Position numbers and translations under genes: made by a program. Positions 13,705 to 25,708 of a stretch of DNA of 64,000 nt are shown here, piece after piece. The stretch is from the human T2T-CHM13v2.0 reference genome, Homo sapiens, in NCBI RefSeq assembly GCF_009914755.1, contig NC_060946.1. One strand, 5' to 3'. Every line of letters starts with the position of its first letter. Within the stretch, counting starts at the first letter, position 1. The notes under the pieces are model-generated. The model was not told the origin of the DNA. It worked only from the letters and a program-made list of their open reading frames with translations, and searched no databases.

Positions 13705-14073
13705 TGCTATGGGTTGAATGTACCCTCCAAAACTCATGTTGAAATTTAATTGCCATTGCCATTGTAATAGTGTTGAGAAGAGATGATTAATGGATTGTTG
13801 TCATTGTTGTAGGAGTGGGTTAGTTATTGCAGGAGCTGGTTGATTTTCACAGGAGTGGGCTCTTGATAGAGGGTGTGTACAGCCCCCATTTTCTCTCTGT
13901 CTCTCACACTAGCTCATCATATGATGCTTCTCTATGGGATGACCCTGATCAGATGCCAGAACCATGCTCTTCAACTTCACAACCTCCAGAGCTGTGAACC
14001 AAATAAATCTCCATTGTTTGTAAATTACCTATTTTGTTGTACTTTGTTATAGCAGCAGAAAATGACTAAGACA
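13705..14073 (+). mobile_element. MST-family MaLR solo LTR
   Basis: tgctatgggttgaatg...gactaagaca; perfect 5-bp TSD GGCAA at 13700-13704 and 14074-14078. Confidence 0.9.
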
Positions 14074-14831
14074 GGCAATGCTCGTAACTTCTCCATCCCC
14101 AACTTGCTTCATCTACAAATGATGACGGTAATAAATATCTTGACATAAAACATGGCTGCTCACAAACCAATTCCTGGGCAGCAGCTTAGTGTGGGAAGGG
14201 GAAAAAATAGACTGGTTCAAGAGATGAGAGAACACCTGAGATGTGGTAGACAAAGGATGGAGAGCCAGTATGTGGCTATTTGTGTCTGGTTGAAACACCT
14301 AAACACATAGAATTGAAGCAAACATGGAAGAGAAGGAAGATGAGTTTCCTGCCTTGAAGAAACAGCTCATCTATCAGGTAGAAATGGCTTACCACATTAC
14401 ATTTTAAATGAGACATATCCAGTGAAAATTGTAAACTCTAAGGATAAAAAATACTTGGTAAAAATCTCAGGAGAAGAAAGAAACTATGACAAAATGAACA
14501 CACATTCTTTTGGCCTCACATTTCTCCTTGGCTATATTTAATGCCCAAAGACAATGGGACCACCTCTGCCAGCAGCTTATGAAGTGTGTTAATTGGTTTT
14601 TATGGTAATAAGCCAAAGGCCTAGGAATTTCAAGACCTTATAGCCAGTCTTGCTCTGCGCAGGATCTCATCAGGGCAGCGTGTGCAAGAAAAGATAGCTG
14701 GAGGATGAATGGTGGTCCCCAGGGCAGGTGTCTCTGAGAGCTGGAGCAGGGTAGCCCCCACTTCTTGTCCCCCAAATCCTTGATAACTGAGTCTACTGAG
14801 AAGGGAGCTGAAGCAATGAGAAAATGGAGAC

Positions 14832-15133
14832 CTGATGGTATTAGGATTCAGGGCCTTTGGGAGGTGATGAGGTTGTGAGGGTGGACCCCTTATGAATGGG
14901 ATTCATGTCCTTATAAAAGTGACTTCAAAGAGCTGCTGTGCCCCTTTCACCATGTGAGGATGCAGTGAGACGGTGGCAGTCTTCAACCTAGAAGAGGCCC
15001 TCACAGAACCCAACCATGCTGGCACTCTGACCTTGAACTTCCAGCCTCCGGAACTATGAGAAATAAATTTCTGTTGTTTACAAGCCACCCAGCCTATGGT
15101 GGTTTCTTATAGCAGCCTGAATGGACGAAGATA
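14832..15133 (+). mobile_element. MLT1A-type LTR, 5'-truncated
   Basis: gcctttgggaggtgatgagg...cttccagcctccggaactatgagaaataaatttctgttg. Confidence 0.82.
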
Positions 15134-15280
15134 TCTTTCTTTTGAACTTTGAGGGACTTAAAAGCCAAGACTATGTAGCCATTTCCCAGTCCAGAAACCT
15201 CTATAAATCTGAGGAGTTCTTTAGAAGACCATGACCCAATACTTCCGCATTTCTCATACAGGCAGCACTAAAATAGACAG

Positions 15281-15893
15281 TGTCAAATGAAAACAAATGT
15301 GTATTGAACTAAGGAGAGACTTCATTCAAAAGGATTATTGTGATAAAGGGAAGGGGGCTATTGCAGTAGGGGGAACAATCTGACAGTAATAGCTGCAGGC
15401 ATCTCAAAGTTCTGTTGGAAAGAAACTTTCTTTTATGGGGAGAACCAGACAAGGCCAAAAAATAATTGGGTGTCGGGGAGTGGGTGGTGAGATCAGAGTT
15501 GATCAGTTGGGGAAAGTCTTTCCTTGCAGTCATCTAATTCTGGGGAGGGGCTGTTTGCTGGCTCAGGCTGAAGGAGGTTCAACATTCCGGGTCCTGAGGG
15601 AGTGGAGGAGCTGAACTAAAGTTTAATCAAGTCAGTTAACAAGTACTTTGTTCTGACTGATCAGTGGGATAACAGTTCAGGTTATCATTAAGAGGTGCAG
15701 AATGAGAATTTGGAGGGTGTATCTGGCCTTGTCTTAGGTAAACAAGGGAGCATCCATGAGTCTTATCTGAGTCATGTGGGGAGGGGATCTTCTTTGTCAT
15801 AAGCAGTTTCCTGGAACACAAAAGGGTGAGATGATTTCCTAATACTCATTGCTTTCCAGGAGCTTAGGGCTCAGGTAAAGTCCAACGTTGTCA
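15281..15893 (-). mobile_element. Solo LTR, MER67-like (MER4 group)
   Basis: Minus strand starts tgacaacgttggactttacctgagccc; TG..CA termini; near-TSD acag/acaa. Confidence 0.75.
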
Positions 15894-15905
15894 ACAACTT
15901 AGGTC

Positions 15906-16240
15906 CTGATGGTGATGATGATGGTGATGGTGATGATGATGATGAGGATGGTGATAATGATGGCAATAATGATGATGATGATGATGGTGATGATGTGATG
16001 GTGATGATGATGATGGTGATGAAGATGTGATGGTGATGATGATGATGGTGATGAGGACAATGGTGTTGATGGTGATGATCATAATGATGATGATGACTGA
16101 TAATGGCGATGATGATGGTGATAATGATGGTGATGATGATGGTGGTGATGATGGTGATGATGGTGATGGTGCTAATGATGGTGATGATGATAATGATGGT
16201 GATGGTGTTGATGACAATGATCATAATTATAATGATGTGA
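15906..16240. repeat. Degenerate (GAT/GGT)n trinucleotide tract, ~330 bp
   Basis: Directly visible; source of the poly-His/Asp/Ile/Ser ORFs. Confidence 0.97.
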
Positions 16241-16640
16241 CATTCTTATAAGTTTTTCGTGTGTGTTATTTGAATTACAAGGTAAATACTACCATCCAAC
16301 TTTATATAACTGAAACACAGATGATTAATTAACTTGCTCAAGGTTCTGCCACTGCCTGCTTTGCAGAAAGTTGGGTTTACACCAGGTGACCCTGTTCCAG
16401 CACCCACCATCTTGCTACTGTGCTCCACTGTTTCTAAAATGGGTCAAAGAAGAGTATAGCTTAGTATAGCCCCAAGGCCATACTGCCTGCCAAGCCCCAA
16501 ATGAACCCTGTATTCTAATTCCTATTATAGCTGATCAGAGATAATTCCACAAACATTACCAATGACAGCACAAATTATCCCAGCTTTGAACAATTTGAAC
16601 TCACTTTTACTAATACATTCCCACCAATGCATGAAGTCCC

Positions 16641-17081
16641 TGAATTAGTTTCCTAAATGTGCTGTAACAATTAACCATAAACATGGTGGCTTAAAGCAAC
16701 AGTTTATTCTCTCACAATTCTGGAGGCCAGAAGTCAGAAACCAAGGAATCAGCAGGGCCATGCTCCCTGTAGATGCTTCAGGGGAGAGCCTTCTTGCTTT
16801 CTCCAGCCTCTGATGCTCCTGGCATCTTTTGGTTTATGGCTGCACCACTCCAGCCTCTGCCTTCATCTCCATGTGGCCTTCTCTCCTGTGTCTCTGCCTC
16901 AAATCTGCTTTCCTCTTATAAGGATTTGGGGCCTACCTTAATGAAAAATGAACACCCATCTTGAGATTTCTTAACTTAATTACATCTGCGAAGACTCTAT
17001 TTCCAAATACAGTTGCATGCACAGGTTTCAGGAATTGAGGCATGGATGTATCTCTTTGGGGCCACCATTCAAACCACTGTA
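16641..17081 (-). mobile_element. MLT1C/B-type MaLR solo LTR
   Basis: tgaattagtttcc...ccattcaaaccactgta; perfect TSD GTCCC at 16636-16640 and 17082-17086. Confidence 0.88.
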
Positions 17082-18819
17082 GTCCCAAATGAAATTCCTG
17101 CTGTAGCTCAGCCAGAAGGGTCTCCTTCAGAGTATTGGTGAGGAACCCATCTGCAAAACATTCTCTGGAGTGGGCAGATTACTTCAGCACTTCCACGTGG
17201 AAGAGAATGGGAACCTCAGGTCCCAATGGGGTCACGCTTCTCCTTCAGCTCTTCCCAGTGGGGAGAACGGGAACCCAGGCTCCAGTGGTTCCACCTCCTC
17301 ACACTCCAGAGGGGGAGCAGGATGCCCCAGAGCCCCCTGGGCAGCCTCTCACCTGCAGGGCTGAGATTTGGAAGCAGTCAGCCACCATGTTTACTAAGGA
17401 AAGTGGCACTCCACTGCTGCTATGGTGGGCCATGGTGCAGGTGACAGTGGTAGCCAGAGAGCAAAGAAGAAAGAACAGAAAAAAAAATCTTGGATCTTGG
17501 TTTCAAACTTGTGAAGACATTCAGTTTCTTCCACTTGCCTGGATTCCAGGACTGTGAACATAACCCAACAGGGAAATGTCTTCCACCAGGAAGTGGGTCA
17601 AGTTGCTGTCTGATTTTCTTGAACCTGGTGGGAGCCTAAGGTTTCTCCAGCTCATATGGCTGTGGGAGACAGACTTAGAGTCTTCAGAGCTCAGAGAGAA
17701 ACCAGCAAAGCTGTCACACCCGCAGCCCTGAAGCCATTGCTAGGCTTTGCCCTTCCATAGGTTGCCTCTCTCTCTAAGGGTCTTGTTAACTTTCATGACA
17801 TCAGCTGCATCTTACATGTTCCTTTCTTTTTTCTGCTTTACTTTTGCAAACACACCTGTCTTTTGGTCACACCAGACAGGTAGGATTGGACGTGGACTTG
17901 GGAAGGCTGGGAAATAAAGGAGGGATCCCTGATCCCTGAAGTCTCAGTGTCCCCTGTCCATGAAAAACACTCTTGCACTGAGCCCAAGGCTGCTGCCTCT
18001 GCTGGCTGCAGAGAGGACTGTCCCATCCTCGAATGAATGATTTTTCTCACAAAATACTGACATATACAAGACTGCAAGTCTATGCCTGCAGAAGAACCTT
18101 GGATACCTCATGAGACCCACTGCACCCAATGCGAACAGCTCTACGTGCACCTGTGGAACCTCGCTGGTTACTGAGATGCTTGTTTCCATGTGAGCTTAAG
18201 GTAGAGTTAAGAAAGAAAGTCCTAACAAAGGAGGGACCCCTTATGTCCTAATCCTCCTCCCAGCCTTCCAGCTTGAGGGAGTCGTACGCACAGGTGCTTT
18301 TTTAGAGAACTGTGCTTAGGCCTGGAGTCCTAACAATTCTTCCTGGGACTCTATTTTGTGACCTATTTACAAAAAAAGCATGCTTACAGAGAAGGAAGGG
18401 TCAGGAAGAACAGTGTCCACTGCTTCTGCCGAGGTTTGAAGATAAAACCTTTATAATCCAGTAATTTGGAAATCAGATTTGATTGGATTCGATTGATTGA
18501 TCTTTTAAAGTGTGAAGAGACAAAAAAAATCACCACCCCCCCACCCACAGACACAATCACACACACACAATTCCTATGTAACCTTCTTTAGATATCATTT
18601 GGAGATATATGCCAGTCAAGCAACAGATGAAACAAATTAAGAGCTCAATAATGATAAAGTGATGGCAGAACAGGATTTGTTCTGAGAATTAGAATTCTCT
18701 AAATATAGAATCATTTTTGAAATTCTGAAGGAAAAAAATATTGTACATTATATACATAATTTACGTATGTATTTAAAGAGAGAGTAGCATAAGAGTTTGC
18801 TGAGTCATGTAACATAAGT

Positions 18820-19210
18820 TTAGATGTCAGCCCTCTGGAGATGGTATGGCCTCTTCATGACGCTGCTGGAGATGATATCCCTGCTTCTCTGTCCTGGCTT
18901 CACAGTCACTTACTGATCCCTTAGCCTTTACCCTCACAGGGTCCTGGAGTCCAAGATGACTGTGGGAACTGGAGGGCAGCAGGGGAAAGAAGGGAACACA
19001 ATGATGCCCTGCTAGTGGATGCCCTTCCCTAGGTCCCATTCAACAACTTCTTCTGTCTCCTTGGCCAGAAAGCCACATGACTATCCCTGCTTAAGGGTAG
19101 ATGGAGCTATTGAGCTGGACACCCTGATGTCTTACATATAAGTGTTTTTGTTTTTCACCAAGGATGAAAGAGAGAATGGTATCTGTGGTCACCTACCCAT
19201 TTCTGCCATT
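18820..19210 (-). mobile_element. Old MLT1 (J/K/L-like) LTR fragment
   Basis: ccaagatgactg...ccttggccagaaagccacatgact...aaggatgaaagagagaatgg motifs. Confidence 0.45.
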
Positions 19211-19299
19211 GAGGGGCAATAATAGATCAGGCAAAAGATTCACAGTCATTCCAATATTAATATCAAAGAAGAATTCATGACAAGACACATCACAAAGCA

Positions 19300-20080
19300 G
19301 AGCTTATGATTTTATAGAGATAAAAGCTAAACTCACAGACACAGAAAACTTTGTGAACAACAGATCATTATGTATAATAGTAATAAAGAGTATTAGATAA
19401 GACATGGAGAGACTGGCAATAGCACAATGGTAACAAAATTATTTACACAATTGTTTCCCTTTGTAGCATGTAAGATAAATCATCATAATAAATTATAAAT
19501 AATGACTCATATTAAGGCAATATAGGATCTAATTGTCATTAATTAGGATAATTTATGCATTCACTCCTCAAATAAATACTAATGGAGTGCCTACTATGTG
19601 CCGGCCAATGTTTGTGTGCTGGGGCACAGCAGTGTGAAACCATCCCCTGTCCCTATGTAATGTGCATGCTGGGAAAGGTTGATTGGAGACATACTGAAAT
19701 ATGAATCATGTAGAGAATATCTCTTCTTTTCCAGAGCTGTTGAAGCATTTATAAAATTTGATGAACTCTTAAACCATAAAAACCAGCAATCTCTTATAAA
19801 AAGCAGAAATTGTTCAGATTACTTTTGCAAGCTACAATGTCATAAAGCCAGAGAATAATAAGACGATTTTAGAAAGATGGAATATAAATGTTCTCTTAAC
19901 TATTAGCAAAGAGAAGAAGAAGAAAGAAAGAAAGAAGCCAATATTTCAATTATAGACTATGTTGAACGCTATGTACCCAAGCTTATGGCATTCGACCAGA
20001 ACAATCCTCAAGGGAAAATGCATAAGCAGGAATTACTTTATTATCTAAAACAGAAAATGACATTATAAATATAGCAATTA
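19300..20080 (+). mobile_element. Very old L1 ORF2 fragments with an L2 piece on minus (19550-19700)
   Basis: L1 endonuclease-region-like A-rich sequence; gagtgcctactatgtgcc L2 motif. Confidence 0.5.
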
Positions 20081-20595
20081 TATTTGTCAGCTTTGGGTGT
20101 ATAACAAAGCACCCCAAAACTTACTGGTTTAAAGCAACCACTAGGTTGAGCTCTGCTGGACGGCTGCGTCATTCCTTTGATCTGGGTTGGTGTGGCTGGT
20201 TTCTGTTGGTTCTTTCATATGTCTGGTCAGCTGGTGGGCAGGATAGCTGATCGAGAATCGCCTTATCTAGATAGCTGATCTAAAATCACCTTATCTACAT
20301 ATCTAGTGGTGGGCAGGTTGTTGGCTGGGGCACATTAGTTCTTCTTTGTGTGTTCTTTCTCTAGCAGGTCAGCTTTGGTTTATTCTTATGATGGTCTCAG
20401 GGTTCCAAGTGCAGCAACAAAGAGCAAGTTCCAGTACAGAAGCGCTTTCAAGTCTCTGTGTCATGTTTCTTATTAACCTGTGGGCCAAGGCAAGTCACAT
20501 GGGAAAGCCCAGAGTCAGTGTGGGAAGGGACTACCCAAGGGCAAGGATACAGACAGGGCCATTGTTATAGTCATTCTTGCTAACAATCTATTTCT
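20081..20595 (-). mobile_element. MLT1 (F/G/H-like) LTR with a 28-bp tandem duplication at 20242-20297
   Basis: gtataacaaagcaccccaaaacttactggtttaaagcaac...ggccaaggcaagtcacatggg; gatagctgatc..atcrccttatcta twice. Confidence 0.7.
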
Positions 20596-23074
20596 GACTT
20601 TTAATGAAAACACATAGAAAACCACAAAAAACAATGTTACAAAAGCAGAAAAAAAATTAAATAATAAAGATACAAGCAGAAACAAGTGGTATAGAAGATA
20701 GAAAAGGCGTAGAGTTGGTGAATATATTCGAGAGCTTATTCTTTGTAATAAAAACAAGAAAATCAATAAACATCAGCAAACATGAACCACAAAACAGAAT
20801 GAAACACAAATCTAGTAAAAGCAAAACTATTGTGACAGAAAGTAGGTCAGTGATGGCCAGAGGCTGGTGTTGAGTGGACGGGGTTGATTGCAATGTATGT
20901 GAGGGAAATTTTGGGGTGATGGAACTATCTGATATTTTGGTAGTGGTGGTGATTACATGACTATACAGATTTATCACATTAAATTGTATCTTTAATATTG
21001 GAAAAAAATTTTCATTTCCATTTATAGAGGACTAATTTGCTTTAGACCATTCCTTCCACTGATAACAAAGATAACAGCTTGGGGAAATATAAAAGTAATC
21101 TATTGGAAAATATCAGAAACTATGGAGACTGTCAGGACTTGGGTGGTTAAAATTCTAGGGATAATTTCTAGAGAGAAACAGAGAGCAGAACCTAACATTT
21201 GGCAGTTTTTTCCTTTCAAGGTATTTGCTGATTTGCTAGCTGTGGCTAAAAGGCTGAGAGACTGACCAGAGATTTTACAAACCCATGGAGCTCTGGGAAC
21301 AAAATTGGAGTTCATGGCTTGTCAAAATGAGAGACTTGATAAACATTGAGGATTTCAGCAGAAAACTCCAATATTCTATGCTCTGGGGTACACGTAAAGC
21401 CTTCACAAAGCTTTCACAAAGAGAAAAGCTCTCACAAAGACTCAGGGCCAACTTTCAATTATCTTCATCTCAGAGATCTGCTTTACCTGAGTTGCCTGCA
21501 AAATTAAAAAGTATTGCCTCTGCAGAATGGCCACATCATCCAGAGGCTCAAATGACCTCTACAATATTCCAAGTACAATGCCCAGCATTCAATAAAGATA
21601 AACAGCCATTGACTGGATATTTAGTTAAAGAAAACAATGGAAACAGACTCATGGGAAATCTAGTTATTAAATGTGTCAGAACAATAAAATAACTGTTTTT
21701 AGTGTGTTCAATAAATTAAGATACCAAGATCATGTTATCAGGAAACAGGAAACTTTAAAAAGCTACAATAAAAATTCTAGAACACCAAACAAGGAAAATA
21801 AAGATTTCAAAACACTTTCAAAAACTCAAAAATTTTGTCAGCAATTTAGATGTAGCTTAAAAGAAAATTAATAAAGCGGAAGACAGGTTAGAATAAAATA
21901 TCCAATAAATTGAGAACATATGAAAAATATTAAGTAGACTATAAGACACACGTGAGCCACAGTGGGAAGGTCTGCCATACATATAATTGCAGTCCCAAAT
22001 GCAGAGGTAAAAGAGAGGGTGGCAGATGCAATCTTTGAAGGCAATAACCACCGCCCCTGCCGCCGCCCAAGTTTCAGAATTGGCAAAAGACATTAAGCCA
22101 TAGGAGAAACAAATTACTAAAGCATATCCCAGGCCCATCCTGGTAAAACTGCCAAAGCTAGACAGAGAGATACTTCCCAATTTATTTCATAAGGCCAGCA
22201 TAACCTTAATACCCAAGCTTGACAAATGTTTAAAAGAAAAAAAGTATAGAACAATTTATTTCAGGAATATAAATGTAAATATACTGAATAAAAATCAGCA
22301 AAATGAATCTAGCAGTACATAGAGATAATACATCATAGCCATGTTGGTGTTCTTTCAGGAATTTTAGTTGGATTTAACGTTAGAAAGTTATTCCTTGGAA
22401 CATTCTATGAAGTCAGAATAAAAGGGAAAAACTACATGACACAGCAGATAAAGCAAAGTATTTGATAAAATTCAACACCAAAGTAATACAACAATTTTAG
22501 AAGACTAGAAGTAAGTCAATTATTTAATATGTAAAAGAATATTTACTGGAAAGAAACAACAAAAAGCATCATACTTATCAAAAACTTTTCTCTTGAGATC
22601 TAGAAGGAGAAAAGAATGCCTATTATTACCATTTGCGATCAGTATTTTACTTGACTTTTTAACCAGAAAAAAGGGCAATAAAGAAACTGAATGTAGAATT
22701 GGAAAGCAATAAATAAAACTGTCATTTCTTGAAGATGAAATGATTATATACTTAATCCAAAAGAAAATACAAATACACTATTAGAATTAACAGGTGAATT
22801 TGGCAGGGTTTTGGAAATGAGTCAATATGCAAAAATCAACTATATTTCTTTGGGATGGTCCCAATATCTGGAAACATATATTCTTTTCTCCTGTATTGTA
22901 ATATAATATCAATAAATCATTTACCAAGTATTTGTCTATCTTTTCATACTTGGTGGTCTCATGTATATATCACACAAATTAGAAAATAAAATTTAAAAAT
23001 AACACTTAAAATAACATTTGCAAGAGCATCCCAAAACTCAGGTAAACATGGAGCTCTCTACATAGGAAAGGACA

Positions 23075-23310
23075 AAACATTACTGAGGACAAAGGACGAA
23101 ACAATATTGAGAGAGGTTAAAAAAAATTGTTTAAATTGAGAGAGATTAAAAAACATTTTGAGAGAGATTAAACATTGAGAGAGCTTAAAAAACATTAACA
23201 TTAAAAAAAAATTAAACGTTAAACATTGCGAGAGATTTAAAAACATATTGAGAGAGATTAAAAAACATTATTGAGAGAGATTAAAAAACATTATTGAGAG
23301 AGATTAAAGA
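23075..23310. repeat. Minisatellite, ~21-23 bp unit aaaaacattattgagagagatta, derived from L1 ORF2
   Basis: About 8 degenerate copies running into L1 sequence ...attaaagaagacctaaataaatg. Confidence 0.9.
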
Positions 23311-23344
23311 AGACCTAAATAAATGAAGGGCTGGATCCACTTCT

Positions 23345-23585
23345 GTGCTCCTAATTTCACGTGAGAGCCAAGCATGTGTTTCTTCCCCAGTCTCTGTCTA
23401 GTAACAGCCATACTGTTAACTTAAAATTGGTGATAGTATTTACACCACAGAGTATTTACACCACGTAGTATTTACTTAAAAAAACTGTTAACTTGATTGG
23501 TGATAGTATTTACACCACAGAAATTGGCAACTGCTTCAAAACATGTTTTCCCTTGAAGAAACTGTTGTTCACTATTAACCAGCAT
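23345..23585 (+). mobile_element. MER63-like hAT DNA transposon relic with an internal duplication
   Basis: gagagcc...gtatttacaccacagaaattggcaa...ttgttcactattaaccagca; ctgttaactt..attggtgatagtatttacaccacag occurs twice. Confidence 0.6.
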
Positions 23586-23588
23586 GTC

Positions 23589-23736
23589 AATATCATATTC
23601 ATATGGTATGAATATGATATTCATTCATGAATATGATATGAATATGATATTCATTCATGAGTATGATATGAATATGATATTCATTCATGAGTATGATATG
23701 AATATGATATTCATTCATGAGTATGATATGAATATA
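23589..23736. repeat. 30-bp tandem repeat (aatatgatattcattcatgagtatgatatg) x4 preceded by a 15-bp inverted repeat
   Basis: Units at 23611, 23641, 23671, 23701 are near identical. Confidence 0.95.
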
Positions 23737-24389
23737 TTTATAAATTGAAAAACTAAATATTGTAAAGTTATCCATTTTGGGCACTTTCATCAATAGCTCC
23801 AATGCAATTTCTATAAAAGTTTCAGCAAGTTTTCTGAGGACATTTGTAAAAAGTTTTAAAATTTACCAAGAAAATATTGAATAAGAGCAGTGGTGGGAGA
23901 CTTAAACAACTTATTATTGAAATTTCTTATAAAGCAGTAGTAATTAGATAAATGGATATTAGTGAAAGGATGGACAAACAGAGAGTCAAGAAACAGCCCA
24001 CACATTTGTTGGCACTTGATTTATGATCCTGTGGAACAGTGGCAGAGAGGCTGTTAAAACAGTCACATGGAAAAAAATCTTGCCATGTATACAAGTCTAT
24101 TGCACATGAAAGTCTACTGTAAATCCACATTTGAGTGGTAAACAATAATGCTTATAGAGGAAAATGTAGAAGAATAGCATCATGACCTTGGGACAGGCAA
24201 AGTCTTCTTAAACTAGACACAGAAAGTACCAATCACAAAAGGAAAACACCGGATAACTGAACTACATTAAAATTACGAAGCTCTGCCCATCAAAAGATAT
24301 AATTCAGAAAGTGAAAGGACAAGCCAGCATTTACAGTACATATACCCAAAAAAGTGCCCATGTCTGTATTATATAAAGAACTATTTTGA

Positions 24390-24688
24390 GGCTGGGCATG
24401 GTGGCTCATGCCTGTAATCCCAGCTCTATGGGAGGCCAAGGTGGATAGATCACTTTAGGCCAGGAGTTTAAGACCACCCTGGGCAACATGGTGAAACCCC
24501 ATCTCTACTAAAAATACAAAAAAATTAGCCAGGCATGGTGGTGCATGCCTGTAATCCCAGCTACTCAGGAGGCTGAGGCATGAGAATTGCTTGAACCTTG
24601 GAGGTAGAGGTTGCAGTAAGCCGAGATTGCGTCACTGCACTTCAGCCTGGGCGACAGAGTGTGTCTCCAAAAAAAAAAAAAAAAAAAC
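24390..24688 (+). mobile_element. Alu (AluS-like)
   Basis: Full dimer with poly-A tail. Confidence 0.95.
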
Positions 24689-25396
24689 CATTTCAGACAA
24701 ATAAGAAAATAACCCAATAGCAATATGGAAAAAAACCTTGAGAAAAAATATTCAATGGTATTAGTTATCAAAGAAATACACATGAAAACTACAATAACAT
24801 CCCAGACCAACCACAATGGTTAAAATTCTAAAAGATAGAAAATGTTAATGTTAGCAAGGATTTGGAGGAACTGGAACTGTCATGCATTGCTTCTGGGAGT
24901 GTACCTAGAATGACTTATTTTGGAAAACTGGTAGAGCATACACTACCAGTATGCTCAGTAAGCAACAGTGATTAGGATAATTGGGTACTAGTGTGAGGGT
25001 AGATAAATAAATCAATGGAACAGAATAGAGTCTAGAAAGAGCCCACACATTTGTTGGCACTTGATTTATGATCTATGCCCCAGAATTCTTATTTTTAAAT
25101 ATATAGTCTATAAAAATACATATATGTGTATACCAAAATATATGTAAGCAATCCAAATATTCATCAACTATAGAATGGAAGGAAAAACATTGTGGTATGC
25201 ACTTATGATAGACAACGATGCAGAATGAAAATATATAAACTATTGTCCCTGTCAGCCACAAGAATGCATCTCACATACATAACAACACATGCAAAAATCC
25301 AGACCTATGAGAATGTGTGTTGCATGATTCCATTCCTATAATGCTCAAAATTGGTCACAACGAATCTATGGGATTAAGAGTCAGGTAATTGTTACC

Positions 25397-25708
<312 letters not shown>

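Noticed and set aside
14280-14600. Possible HAL1/L1 ORF1-like remnant (also ~18570-18760)
   Set aside because: Too degenerate to call without a profile search
15871-16251. Poly-His, poly-Ile/Thr and Asp/Gly-rich ORFs
   Set aside because: Translations of the (GAT/GGT)n tract; no splice or promoter context
17300-17325. CTCF-like words (also ~51476)
   Set aside because: Do not align to the CTCF core without gaps or key mismatches
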